A program made the translations under genes and the position numbers. Under the pieces are notes generated by a model. It did not search any database. It saw only the letters and a list, made by a program, of their open reading frames with translations, and was not told where the DNA came from. A stretch of 63,666 nt of DNA, filler included, from Candidatus Nezhaarchaeota archaeon WYZ-LMO8 (GTDB lineage Archaea; Thermoproteota; Methanomethylicia; Nezhaarchaeales; WYZ-LMO8), in the NCBI GenBank assembly GCA_004347965.1. It is 3 parts of 3 records of this genome, joined end to end, with 100 filler letters (N's around TTAATTAATTAA, not from the genome) between each part and the next. Parts side by side here need not be neighbours in the genome. Positions count along the whole stretch, not along the records: positions 26,640 to 50,560 come from QNVF01000022.1; 2 more parts are not named here. The stretch is one strand, 5' to 3'. This document shows positions 27,891-37,803 of this stretch, piece by piece (position 1 is the stretch's first letter; each line of letters opens with the position of its first letter).

Positions 27891-28537
27891 GGGTCTTACT
27901 AATTGGAGGGGGACACTCAGCCTACTTTGCAGCGGAAACCATTAAGAGGATAGATCTTAGCGGGAAGCTCATGATAATTGAGTTTACGAGCGAAAAAGTT
28001 TTCGTTCTCTCAAAGCTATTCCCCTTTGCAGAGATAATTCAGCTAGATATCGATGAAGTGGAGGAATACATCAGAGCTAATGGAAGAATCCTAGACGCAG
28101 TCGTAGCCGCTACAGAAAGCGATTCACTAAATCTTCGATACTGCAAAGTAGCTAAGGAGAGCAACATTCCACTAGTAATAACGATAATCAACAACCCACT
28201 TAATGCTGAAATCTTCTTGAAAGAGGGGATAGCCTTCATAGTTAATCCCTACAAAATGATACCAATAGAGCTTTCAGAGATCTTGGACGCCAAGGTAAAC
28301 ATTTTGTACAGCTTTCATAGAATCGGAGTTCAAGTAGTATCGATAAAGGTGGGTGATAGACGACTTCTTTCTCAACTTAAGAAGGAGATGACCAAAAACC
28401 GTGACCTAACTGCTCTCTTCGTATCCCCAGTAGGCGAGATAACGAACTCTATTGATGAGGTCGACGTTGGATGGAGAGCTTACGTACTTGGATATGAGGA
28501 GAAAATTAAGAGATTATTAAGAGTTGTGGAGGGATAA
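27887..28537 (+). CDS. TrkA-N/RCK nucleotide-binding domain protein
   Basis: LLIGGG Rossmann start, AVVAATESDSLNL and IVNP motifs. Overlaps the upstream stop by 4 nt. Confidence 0.72.
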   Translation: MRVLLIGGGHSAYFAAETIKRIDLSGKLMIIEFTSEKVFVLSKLFPFAEIIQLDIDEVEEYIRANGRILDAVVAATESDSLNLRYCKVAKESNIPLVITIINNPLNAEIFLKEGIAFIVNPYKMIPIELSEILDAKVNILYSFHRIGVQVVSIKVGDRRLLSQLKKEMTKNRDLTALFVSPVGEITNSIDEVDVGWRAYVLGYEEKIKRLLRVVEG

Positions 28538-28540
28538 GAG

Positions 28541-29287
28541 TTGTTTGAGCTTTCAGAACCAATGATAAACCTCCTTCTAAGGATTGTAATGGCTATTATA
28601 GCTGTAGCCTTGGCATGCTTCATTAGTAACTATGCACGCTCAAGCTTAGAACGAGTGTTATCGAAGTTCGGAGCAGAATTTGCTAAGAGAGTAGCTGAGA
28701 TCTTTCGGTACTTCATCATATTCATAGGTGTAGTTGCTGCCATAAGCATTCTAAGTTTAGAGACTACGATCCTCACAGCAATTGCTGTGATAATCGTAGT
28801 GTTGCTGATCATTGGTTTGAGAGATGTAATCCTTAACTTGACCTCAGAGTTCTACCTAATTCTGAGGAGACCGTTTAAAGTTGGTGATCAAATAAAGGTT
28901 GGTGACGTGGAAGGCACCGTTCGAACTATTAAGGCATTAGATACCGAGATCATAACTTATGAAGGTGACCTAGTAATAGTGCCTAATTCATACTTCCTGA
29001 AGAATCCTATCATTAATAAGTCGCAATCGATTGTGAAGCACGTCGAGCTTAGATTAACTTTTCATGGGAAGGGCATAGGAGAAGTTAGAAACGCTGTTCA
29101 AGAGGTTTTAATGGAGATAAAGCCTGAATTATTTGGAGAACCTGAGGTCTTAACTATTAGCGAGAAGGAGAACAAAGTCGAAGCGCTCGTAAGCATTCCA
29201 ATAGTTAACGTGAGGAAGCTGAGGTGGCTGGTAGCTAAGATGGCGAGGAGCTTCTCTTCAAGAGGGCTGGAGGTTGAGGTCGAGTAA
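28541..29287 (+). CDS. mscS: Small-conductance mechanosensitive channel (MscS family)
   Basis: Three TM helices, then RPFKVGDQI..GDVEGTV and IVPNS....PIIN. Confidence 0.88.
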   Translation: MFELSEPMINLLLRIVMAIIAVALACFISNYARSSLERVLSKFGAEFAKRVAEIFRYFIIFIGVVAAISILSLETTILTAIAVIIVVLLIIGLRDVILNLTSEFYLILRRPFKVGDQIKVGDVEGTVRTIKALDTEIITYEGDLVIVPNSYFLKNPIINKSQSIVKHVELRLTFHGKGIGEVRNAVQEVLMEIKPELFGEPEVLTISEKENKVEALVSIPIVNVRKLRWLVAKMARSFSSRGLEVEVE

Positions 29288-29978
29288 GATCTTAGTCGTG
29301 GATCTAGACGAAACCCTTACAAGGGGTGGCGACGACCCCCTAAAGCCGTACATCAAAGAGTCGTTATTGCACTTAAGAAACCAAGGTTGGACGTTAGTGC
29401 TCGCCACTGGTAGGGATAGAAGGTACTTATCGAAGAGAACCGACCTCAAAGGAATCTTCGATGCATGGGTTACTGAAGCAGGTCTCTCAGTTTATATACC
29501 AAGTAGCGGAGTGTACTACTGCTTCGCTGATGAACGATGGGTAGCAAGTGTGAAGAAGTTAGCGCACTTCCCATTCATCGAAGAGAAGGAAAACACCATA
29601 GCTTTCAAGCTTGAGTGCATGGATTTAGTTAAATCCGAAATCTCGAAGCTAGAGGTGAAAACGGTCTTAAGAAACAACAAGGGATACGTAATTGTCCTCC
29701 CTGAAGGGGTAAGTAAGGCGCTTGGGGTAAAGGAAGCGTTAAAGCTTTTAAACGTTGATGGCTACATCATGGTCATTGGAGACTCGGAAATAGATCTAGA
29801 GCTTTTTGCAATAGCTGACTTCAAAGCTACTGTAGCTAATGCTGAGCAATCCTTGAAGGAAAAGGCTGACTACATAGCTTATCGAGACAACGGAGATGGA
29901 GTCTTGGAGATAGTAGAGTTTGTGCTTCTTCAAAGCAACGAAGCCATCTTTAAAAGACAAGTAAAGCAAACTTCATAA
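29274..29978 (+). CDS. HAD-IIB phosphatase (Cof/SPP/phosphoglycolate phosphatase-like)
   Basis: DLDETLT, ATGR, PEGVSKA, IGDSEIDLELF and VANA motifs. Confidence 0.88.
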   Translation: MRSSKILVVDLDETLTRGGDDPLKPYIKESLLHLRNQGWTLVLATGRDRRYLSKRTDLKGIFDAWVTEAGLSVYIPSSGVYYCFADERWVASVKKLAHFPFIEEKENTIAFKLECMDLVKSEISKLEVKTVLRNNKGYVIVLPEGVSKALGVKEALKLLNVDGYIMVIGDSEIDLELFAIADFKATVANAEQSLKEKADYIAYRDNGDGVLEIVEFVLLQSNEAIFKRQVKQTS

Positions 29979-30286
29979 ATAATGAGTGGCACAAGCAATT
30001 TTACGAAGTTAACGTCAACGTCAAGAGGTTCTAGCACGCTACCGCTCTCTACCCAATTCTAGTTTGAGGTGCATTACAGCACAAGGTTTGGTGACCTTCT
30101 TCCTTAAGCCGAAGTAACTGTAGTTCCATTACCATGAGTATGATGGATTTTGGTTATCTCTTTCCTAAGATCTCTGAGATGCTAACGAAATTGCTTCCAC
30201 GAGAGGAAGTGCTTGTCCACTTTGAGCAAGACATTTTTATTTAAGTTTAAATTCAAAGGCTTGGTGTATCGAGTGGTGACGGATGC

Positions 30287-31666
30287 ATGCCGATCGTAGT
30301 TCATCCATCGGAGATACTTGAAACCATAGAGATGATAAGGTACTTGAAGTTTGACATTAGAGCTACTACTCTAAGCTTAAGCTTGATGGACTGCGTAGAC
30401 TCAAACCCCTCAAATATGATGAGTAAGATAGAGAAGAAGCTTAAGAGGATACTACCGAGCTTCGTGAGCATAGTTGATGAGGTTGCTGAGCGCTATCAAG
30501 TCCCAATAGTTAACAAGAGACTATCAATAACTCCTCTAAGCATCCTCATCGAACCTTACTCCTCCATTAGCTTAGAGTACGGTACGAAGGTGCTCCTTGA
30601 GATCTCCTCACTGATAGATAACATAGCTCGTGAGTGCGGGATTAATTACGTCGGCGGGCTTTCAGCTTACGTGGCTAGGGGGACAACGCCGGGCGACATG
30701 GTTGTAATCTCGTCCATAGCTGAAGTCATAAGTTCAACTGAGAGACTATTCTCATCAGTAAACGCAGCTCAATCAGGGATAGGCATTAACATTAATTCGA
30801 TCCTCGACGTCTCAAAGCAAATCAAGGAGCTTAGTGGTAGAACACCTAAGGGCATCGGTTGTACTAGGCTAGGTGTCTTCGCTAACATGCCTGAAGACGC
30901 TCCCTTCTTACCAGCAGCTCACCATGGTCATAACATGCCTGAGCTCGCATTACACATAGCGATAAGCGGGCCAGGAGTCCTTGAGTACGCTATTAAATCT
31001 AGGTGTCAAGGTAAGAGCTTAACCGAGTTGCTTGAGGAGATTAAGAGAGCCGTCTTCAAGATAACGAGAGCTGGTGAGTTCATTGGAAGAGAGATAGCGA
31101 GGAGGATGGGGATAAGGCTGTGCACAGTAGACCTATCGTTAGCACCCAGCCCGAAAATCGGAGACTCAGTTGCTGACATAGTTGAGGCTATGGGTATTGA
31201 GAGCTTTGGAGCTCCAGGAACGCTAACATCATTAGCTCTCCTCACAGAAGCTCTAAAGAGAGCTGGCTCAATGGCAGCTACAAATGTTGGAGGCTTTAGT
31301 GGAGTCATGCTTCCTGGAAGCGAGGATCTAGGCTTAACCGAAGCCTTCAAGAGAGGCTCAGCATCCATATGGACCCTGATAGCTTCATGCTCAATATGTT
31401 CAACAGGCTTAGATATGGTCTGCATACCGGGAGATACTCCAGTTGAGGTCATCGCCGGACTGATATCAGACGTGCTTTCGATAGGTGTTATCAATGGAAA
31501 GTGCTTGGGAGTAAGGCTCATTCCAGTTCCAGGTGCAAAGCCTGGAGACGAGGTGGACTTTGGGGGCCTACTTGGGAAGACTGTCGTTCTAGATGTCGGG
31601 AGATTTACCCCCAAAGACTTCATTGCTCGAGGGGGAGAGATACCCCACTTCAAGCAGAGGTGGTAG
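30287..31666 (+). CDS. DUF711/UPF0210 (PFL-like) protein
   Basis: ILETIEMI...DIRATT, PIVNKRLSITP, FKITRAG, DLSLAP and CSTGLDM motifs. Confidence 0.88.
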   Translation: MPIVVHPSEILETIEMIRYLKFDIRATTLSLSLMDCVDSNPSNMMSKIEKKLKRILPSFVSIVDEVAERYQVPIVNKRLSITPLSILIEPYSSISLEYGTKVLLEISSLIDNIARECGINYVGGLSAYVARGTTPGDMVVISSIAEVISSTERLFSSVNAAQSGIGININSILDVSKQIKELSGRTPKGIGCTRLGVFANMPEDAPFLPAAHHGHNMPELALHIAISGPGVLEYAIKSRCQGKSLTELLEEIKRAVFKITRAGEFIGREIARRMGIRLCTVDLSLAPSPKIGDSVADIVEAMGIESFGAPGTLTSLALLTEALKRAGSMAATNVGGFSGVMLPGSEDLGLTEAFKRGSASIWTLIASCSICSTGLDMVCIPGDTPVEVIAGLISDVLSIGVINGKCLGVRLIPVPGAKPGDEVDFGGLLGKTVVLDVGRFTPKDFIARGGEIPHFKQRW

Positions 31667-31742
31667 AGACCGTTTAAATTCAAGATTTGCTGAGCAAGGC
31701 TTAAACTTGGCTTCCTAGTCCTTAATCTAGGTTGAGACTGAA

Positions 31743-32198
31743 GTGGTTGAGGAGAGACCTAGTTGGGACGAGTACTTCATGAGACTAGCCCACGTCATAT
31801 CCTCAAGATCTACGTGTCTTAGGCGGAAGGTTGGAGCTCTACTAGTCAAGGACAAGAGGATTCTAGCTACAGGATACAATGGAGCTCCTAAGGGACTACC
31901 ACACTGTAAGAATTGCTTGAGAGAGGAGTTGAGGGTTCCATCAGGTCAAAGGCATGAGCTCTGTAGAGGGGTACATGCTGAGCAGAATGCGATAATTCAA
32001 GCAGCTGTTTTTGGGGTTAGTACGAAAGGAGCTACGCTGTACACCACGACCTTTCCTTGCATAATATGTGCTAAGATGCTAGTTAACGCTGAGATAGAGG
32101 AGATAGTCTACGACTCCGACTACGAGGATGAGGAGTCGGCTAAGATTTTGAGGGATGCAGGCATAAGAATTAGGAAGTTTAAGTTGAGGAACCAGTAA
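31743..32198 (+). CDS. dCMP deaminase (ComEB family)
   Basis: [25 protein letters not shown] and PCIICAK motifs. Confidence 0.92.
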   Translation: MVEERPSWDEYFMRLAHVISSRSTCLRRKVGALLVKDKRILATGYNGAPKGLPHCKNCLREELRVPSGQRHELCRGVHAEQNAIIQAAVFGVSTKGATLYTTTFPCIICAKMLVNAEIEEIVYDSDYEDEESAKILRDAGIRIRKFKLRNQ

Positions 32199-32614
32199 TG
32201 CCCCTAATAGTCAAGGTCTATGTTGATGGCTCGTCGCGAGGAAATCCAGGACCAGCTGGGATAGGCATAGTGGTAGCTAATCAAGACGACAAAGTACTCT
32301 TAGAGCATAGCGAGTTTCTGGGCTCGAACTTTACGAATAACCAAGCAGAGTACATGGCTTTAATGAGGGCCCTGGACATATGCTCTTCGCTGTTCCCAAA
32401 GGGGATCCTTCACGTATTTAGTGATTCAGAGCTTTTAGTTAAGCAGTTAACTGGACAATACAATGTTAGAAGCCAAAGCTTGAAGGAGCTTTTTAGAGAA
32501 GTTAGGAATAAGGAGAAGCACTTCTCAAAGGTCTACTATCACCACGTGGATCGCAAGCACAATAGGAGGGCCGACGAGCTAGCCAATAAAGCTTTAGAGG
32601 AGAGCGTAAGATAG
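32198..32614 (+). CDS. rnhA: Ribonuclease HI
   Basis: DGSSRGNPG, TNNQAEY, SDSELLV and N.RADELAN motifs. TAATG overlap with the upstream gene. Confidence 0.92.
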   Translation: MPLIVKVYVDGSSRGNPGPAGIGIVVANQDDKVLLEHSEFLGSNFTNNQAEYMALMRALDICSSLFPKGILHVFSDSELLVKQLTGQYNVRSQSLKELFREVRNKEKHFSKVYYHHVDRKHNRRADELANKALEESVR

Positions 32615-32647
32615 CTCCCATTCAAGCTTGAGGGCCAGCTCTCTAAT

Positions 32648-32696
32648 CGTTCCAAGACGGTTTCATAACCGTTTCACAAGGTCTCTAATTAGAGAC
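32648..32696. promoter_or_regulatory. Three 11-bp-phased direct repeats (SGTTYCA) followed by a perfect 16-bp palindrome
   Basis: CGTTCCA at 32648, GGTTTCA at 32659, CGTTTCA at 32670. GTCTCTAATTAGAGAC at 32681-32696 ends 32 nt before the 32729 start. Confidence 0.6.
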
Positions 32697-32728
32697 GTTA
32701 ACTCTTTTCCCTTCGAGGTGTTGAGAAA

Positions 32729-34105
32729 GTGAGTAGCTTAACCAAGATGATTGGCCTAACGATCGTAGCACTTGCATTCTTAGCGCTCCTACCAGTCATT
32801 CCAATTGTGACTGCGCAGGCAACCGAAGCTGGAGAAACCGAGGACCTAACGGTGATTAGGGCTAAGGCTATAGCTCTACAGTACATGCTCAATAATTCCC
32901 TGAGACTAAACCTAAACTTGTCTGAGCAGTTAAGATTTCAAGTAGAGTCATTATCGAGCGTGAACATTTCTGAACTGACGTCACAAGAACTTTGGAACTT
33001 TGTTCGAAACGCCAATATGGTTCTAGCTGAGATTTGTGAGAGGGCAAGGAACGCTGTTGGGAAGAGCTTAGGGGAGTATGCTCGTGGACTCGCAGTGGCC
33101 ATAGAAGCTAGAGTGAGGAACATAGCTAGGCACTATGGTATGGGAGAAGATGAGGTAAAGGAGATGATCGCTGACATCGCTCAAAGTAGGAACATGAGGG
33201 AGGTATTCGAAGCTTTAAAAATAGTTAATAAGGCATTAATCGAGAGGCAGTGTCATAAGTTTGCTAATGCTATAGTAGAGCAATTGAGGAATAGGACGTC
33301 GGAAGCCATCGTGAAGGGAGACGTGCAAGGACTTGAGGTGGCCTATAGAGCTCTCGACAAGGCTCAAGAAGCCCTCAGTAAGACACTGGAGATCCTTAAG
33401 GCTACGAACGCTTCTTCAACGGCCATAGGGGCTGTTGAGGAAGCTATTGAGCGTGCAAGCTATGCTAAGGAAGTCATAAGAAGTCTGAAGGAGTCCTTAC
33501 CCAGTCCAGAGCCCGAAGCTATTCGAGAGCATTTCAACAAGACGATTAAAGAGATTGCAACTGTAGCTAAGGCAGAGGCCAATGAACTGCTAAGCGAAAT
33601 CGAGAGACTCTTAGAGATAGCAAGAAAGCTCAATGCAACGGAACTTAGAGAGGAATTAATTGATCTCAAAGGGGGTCTCAGTTCCATTGTGGTGAAGCTA
33701 GAGAGCACTATTAGCGTGGAGGATTTAGCCCAAATACTTGATAAGCTAGCAGTTCTAAGAGCAAAAGTGACCGTGATAACTAAGATACTTCCAGGCGTTA
33801 AGGAGGAGATTCTGAACAAGTTTAAGGCATGAATTTCAGAGCTTGAAGGTTGAGCGAAGGAGTTAAGTAGAGCCACCAATGATCTAAGTAATAGATTTAA
33901 GAACTTGAGAGGAAAGATGCAAGAGGTCATCCGTGGAATGGTTGAAAAACTGTTGGATACCGTGGCCTCAAAATTAATGGAGACTAGGAACAAACTAGAA
34001 GCTAGAGATTTTGAGGGCTTGCTGAATGTGTTAACTGATGTTGAGAATATATTAGCCAAGACTCATACAGACATCAATGAAATAGAAGGTTATTTAGAGG
34101 CTTAA
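32729..34105 (+). CDS. Secreted alpha-helical/coiled-coil protein; frame interrupted by two in-frame TGA (33830, 33851)
   Basis: Signal peptide present. The ORF-track pieces 32729-33832 and 33905-34105 share a frame and are joined by KFKA*ISELEG*AKELSRATNDLSNRFKNLRGK. Confidence 0.65.
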
Positions 34106-34151
34106 GATTTAAGAAATTCTTATCTTTTTCTCCTTATTTTAGGCGAACCAG

Positions 34152-35003
34152 GTGTCAAGTGCTATGAAGACTGTCTTAGCAATAACGATGTTGTTCGCCA
34201 CTCTCTTGGTAATTACAAGCCCTCATGCATGTGCTCAACAAGTATCGAGCATTGTGATCACCATAGGCTCCGATGGCATTGTGTACGTTGAGATAAATGG
34301 CACTGTTGAGGTAGGAGTGAACTCCTTCGAGTGTCCGGTGGAACCAATTTCTGCTACCATTGAAGTATTAATGGACAGTGAGGTTGCCCCTGCTATCTAC
34401 TATAACAATAGTATTCTCGTGGTCTCTAACGACAATAGGTCTGCGAGGATAACCTACATAGCTAACGTCACTTTTGAGAATGGAAGAGCAAGCTTCTACT
34501 ACAACTCGATGAGAGAAGCTACCCTAATAGTGCCCCCTAACATTCTCCTATTGCCAGAGAACTTGACCATAATGGATGCTTATTTAAGGGACAATAGGCT
34601 GTTCTTGAGGTTCAAGGGTCCTAGCACAATAAGCTTCGTAGTTACTGAAGAAGCGGACGGCCAGACTTTGAAACCCCCCTCAGCTCCTCCAACCATCATT
34701 CCAGCCCCCCTCATAGGGGTTGAGGTAGCTCTCTACGTGGCAATAGCAGTTGCTGCAGTTGTAGCCATCGTAGCTATGAAGAAGAAACGTGGAAGCCGTT
34801 TAGCAACGTACTTAGATGAAGTCGATAAAGCGATAATTGAGAGGCTTCGCAAGCATGGCGGTGAGGCCCTTCAGGGCCTTCTCTATAGAGAACTCGGTCT
34901 CCCTAAGGCTACTGTGTGGAGACACGTAAAGAAGCTTGAGAAGATGGGCTACGTAAGTATAGAACGCATAGGAAGAGACAATAAAGTAAGGTTGTTGAAG
35001 TAA
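34152..35003 (+). CDS. Membrane-tethered winged-HTH transcription regulator (signal peptide, extracellular beta domain, TM, wHTH)
   Basis: Signal peptide, Pro-rich linker, TM followed by KKKR, then LDEVDKAII...QGLLYRELGLPKATVWRHVKKLEKMGYV. Confidence 0.82.
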   Translation: MSSAMKTVLAITMLFATLLVITSPHACAQQVSSIVITIGSDGIVYVEINGTVEVGVNSFECPVEPISATIEVLMDSEVAPAIYYNNSILVVSNDNRSARITYIANVTFENGRASFYYNSMREATLIVPPNILLLPENLTIMDAYLRDNRLFLRFKGPSTISFVVTEEADGQTLKPPSAPPTIIPAPLIGVEVALYVAIAVAAVVAIVAMKKKRGSRLATYLDEVDKAIIERLRKHGGEALQGLLYRELGLPKATVWRHVKKLEKMGYVSIERIGRDNKVRLLK

Positions 35004-35039
35004 ATTTGTGAAACAACCATTATGACCAAGAATTGCGTC

Positions 35040-35735
35040 TTATAGACTCACACTCTTCAACATCTTAACAAGCTCTTCGATGCAGGTGCTTAACTCTTTG
35101 AGACACTTGCTTTCAAGATCTATCTCTAAAAATGCTCCAAGAATTCTCATAACTTCTCTCTTCTTCTTGATGGAGGGGACCTCGATTACCCCCTTCCACA
35201 CCTTAACGCTCTTAAACTTATGTGAAACATCTAGGTTAATGGTCTTAGGTTTAGTGAACGTTACGAAATTAATACTAGACTTCGCTCTTCGCCTCTCCAA
35301 TAATGGATAGCTTTGAGCTGAAAACTCTTGTGATAGATATAGTCTCCTCTTAGGTAGCCTGGTGTCTAGAATCGCCAGAATATTACCTGGCAACCTCATT
35401 ACCGCAATTCCATTATTATAGGACCACTCTTCAACACTTGCTGAGTTGACGAAGTTCACAGCTAAAACATAGCTACTCATACTCTTAAATAGCTCAGAGG
35501 TCATACCTAACAATGCGCCTATCACCATGGATGTTAGAATGTTTTGACCAGTAATAATTGTCAGGGCTATTGACCCCACCATTAAAGCCATCATAACCAT
35601 CGTCGTCCAAGACATCGACTCTTTTCTATAATTCGGTTCAACCTTGGGCTTAGGCTTGCCTAACTCCATAACGCGAAGAATTTTCCCCTGATGCTGAGAA
35701 CTCAGATACTGACACCTCAGTCTTTTAAATACCAA
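35040..35735 (-). CDS. Hypothetical membrane protein
   Basis: Two hydrophobic segments followed by a soluble domain. The start codon is uncertain. Confidence 0.55.
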   Translation of the reverse strand: MVFKRLRCQYLSSQHQGKILRVMELGKPKPKVEPNYRKESMSWTTMVMMALMVGSIALTIITGQNILTSMVIGALLGMTSELFKSMSSYVLAVNFVNSASVEEWSYNNGIAVMRLPGNILAILDTRLPKRRLYLSQEFSAQSYPLLERRRAKSSINFVTFTKPKTINLDVSHKFKSVKVWKGVIEVPSIKKKREVMRILGAFLEIDLESKCLKELSTCIEELVKMLKSVSL

Positions 35736-35809
35736 GACGTACTTTAAAGGTTATAGAGATCCTGTCCTTGCAATTAAATCATGGCCTGCGTTGATGCTTC
35801 ATCTGACAT

Positions 35810-36802
35810 TTACATCGTTAGGTATCGCCATGATAGTATTATGCCGATGATTGAGAATATTGATGCAAAGAGACCTAGATATAGGAAGTCCATAATTACG
35901 GCTGAAAGATCCGTAGGCAATATAGTCAAATATCTCACAGCGTCTGTTAAGTATGTGAGAGGGTTAACGCTGGCTACGACTTGCAGCCACTCCGGCATGA
36001 GTTGAATCGGGAAGAATATGTTACTCGAGAACATTAACGGCATGGTCACTAAGGTTATGAACTGCATTGGTCTCTCCATCCTTGTGGACCTTATCGAGAA
36101 GGCTACGAATATTGATGATAGCCCTACACTCAATAGGAATACTGCTGCGTAGATTCCTAGGAGGTTTATCGGGGTGAACGATGGGCTTAGCTGTAGTCCT
36201 AGTAGATAGGCTAGCACTAAGATTACGGTTGCTTGAAACATAGCTCTTAAGGTTGCGTTCAGCACCTTAGAGAATATGATGGCTGCTCGCGAAACTGGGG
36301 TTGACAGTACTTTACCTAAGAATCCTAGGCGGCGATCCCAGACTATGGACACTCCGCTGAACATAGTGGTAGTCACGACTATCATTGATATCATACCAAC
36401 GGACATGAAGCTGAAGTAGTCTGTAACGCCGAAGGCGCTTTGCATAACCATCGAACTTAAGCTGGAAATCGTCGAGTTTAGGTTGGCTAACATTACTTGT
36501 GAGAGCTTTGTACCATTAAGAAGTACTACTTGAAGCCCCGGCGGATTGATTATGACATCACCTGGAATGGGAACCACTTGTGGTAGGCTCATCACCTGCG
36601 ATAGGTCTATGATGTTACTTGAGAATAAGCCCCCTATGTTCAACGACTTACCTAGAAGCCCCATCCAGATGAGAGGTTGAAGTACGAACATCACTACCAT
36701 GACCGGATCCTTGAGCCACTTCTTTAATTCTCGATGAAGAAGTGCCTTCAATCCTCTCATGAGACTAGGTCGATATTCATTTATCATGTCCATCACGCTC
36801 AC
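35810..36802 (-). CDS. ABC-2 type exporter permease (DrrB-like)
   Basis: IVWDRRLGFL..VLSTPVSR and FFPIQLMPEWLQ..A.VNPLTY motifs. Confidence 0.9.
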   Translation of the reverse strand: MSVMDMINEYRPSLMRGLKALLHRELKKWLKDPVMVVMFVLQPLIWMGLLGKSLNIGGLFSSNIIDLSQVMSLPQVVPIPGDVIINPPGLQVVLLNGTKLSQVMLANLNSTISSLSSMVMQSAFGVTDYFSFMSVGMISMIVVTTTMFSGVSIVWDRRLGFLGKVLSTPVSRAAIIFSKVLNATLRAMFQATVILVLAYLLGLQLSPSFTPINLLGIYAAVFLLSVGLSSIFVAFSIRSTRMERPMQFITLVTMPLMFSSNIFFPIQLMPEWLQVVASVNPLTYLTDAVRYLTILPTDLSAVIMDFLYLGLFASIFSIIGIILSWRYLTM

Positions 36803-37803
36803 CTACCCCGAGCCTTCATTAAAGTTATTCGGTGGGCTATGAAGGACTCCTTAGACTCTTCAACGTCGCGAAGACTTCTACCGGTGTACTCTAAGAAGAC
36901 CTCGTTAAGCGTTGGTTTTGTAAGTGAGAATCTGATTACAGTGTATCCTCTTTTGCGTAGGGCATCAATTATTAGCGGTGCTGTTACTTCTCCATCATTA
37001 ACTTTGATTCTATAGACCCCATTCTCGTACTTTACATTCTTAACATTTTCAACGCTCTTAATTACTTCGGTTGCATCAGCATTCTCCTTTAATGCTAATG
37101 TTATCACGTCTCCACCTAAGCTATTCTTTAGTTCACCTGGAGAACCCATGGCGACTATCTTGCCGCGATCTATTATTGCTATTCTATCGCATAGAGCATC
37201 AGCCTCCTCTAAGTAGTGTGTAGTCATGAATATCGTCATGTCGTACTCTTCCTTCAAGCGCTTTATGTAATCCCATATGGCTGCTCGCGTATGCACATCT
37301 AGACCCAAGGTTGGCTCGTCTAGGAAGAGGACCCTCGGTCTATTGATTAGACCACATGCAAGTTCAAGTCTCCTTCGCATTCCACCAGAGTACGTCTCAA
37401 CCCTCTTGTCCTTGAAGTCTAATAGATCCACTAGATCTAATAGCTCTAGAGCTCGTCTCTTTGCTACGTCGCGAGGAATACCGTAGAGATCTGCGCATAG
37501 CATTACGTTTTCGTATCCAGTTAAGTCCTCATCGGCTGTGTACTCTTGAGGCACAACGCCTATAATCTTCCTTACCTCATTAGCTTGCTTGACTACGTCG
37601 TAGCCCATTACTGAGGCAATACCCTCTGTTGGTCTTAGCACGGTTATCAGCATGTTTATCGTGGTAGTCTTGCCAGCACCATTTGGACCTAGGAATCCGA
37701 AGATCTCACCTTTCCATACATTAAAGCTTATATGGTCAACAGCTACAATGCTCCGATTAAAGATCTTCGTCAAGTTCTCAGCTCTTACTACGACCTCCTT
37801 CAT
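36799..37803 (-). CDS. ABC exporter ATP-binding protein (DrrA-like)
   Basis: GPNGAGKTT, YSGGMRRR, LFLDEPT and TTHYLEEA motifs. Confidence 0.95.
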   Translation of the reverse strand: MKEVVVRAENLTKIFNRSIVAVDHISFNVWKGEIFGFLGPNGAGKTTTINMLITVLRPTEGIASVMGYDVVKQANEVRKIIGVVPQEYTADEDLTGYENVMLCADLYGIPRDVAKRRALELLDLVDLLDFKDKRVETYSGGMRRRLELACGLINRPRVLFLDEPTLGLDVHTRAAIWDYIKRLKEEYDMTIFMTTHYLEEADALCDRIAIIDRGKIVAMGSPGELKNSLGGDVITLALKENADATEVIKSVENVKNVKYENGVYRIKVNDGEVTAPLIIDALRKRGYTVIRFSLTKPTLNEVFLEYTGRSLRDVEESKESFIAHRITLMKARGR

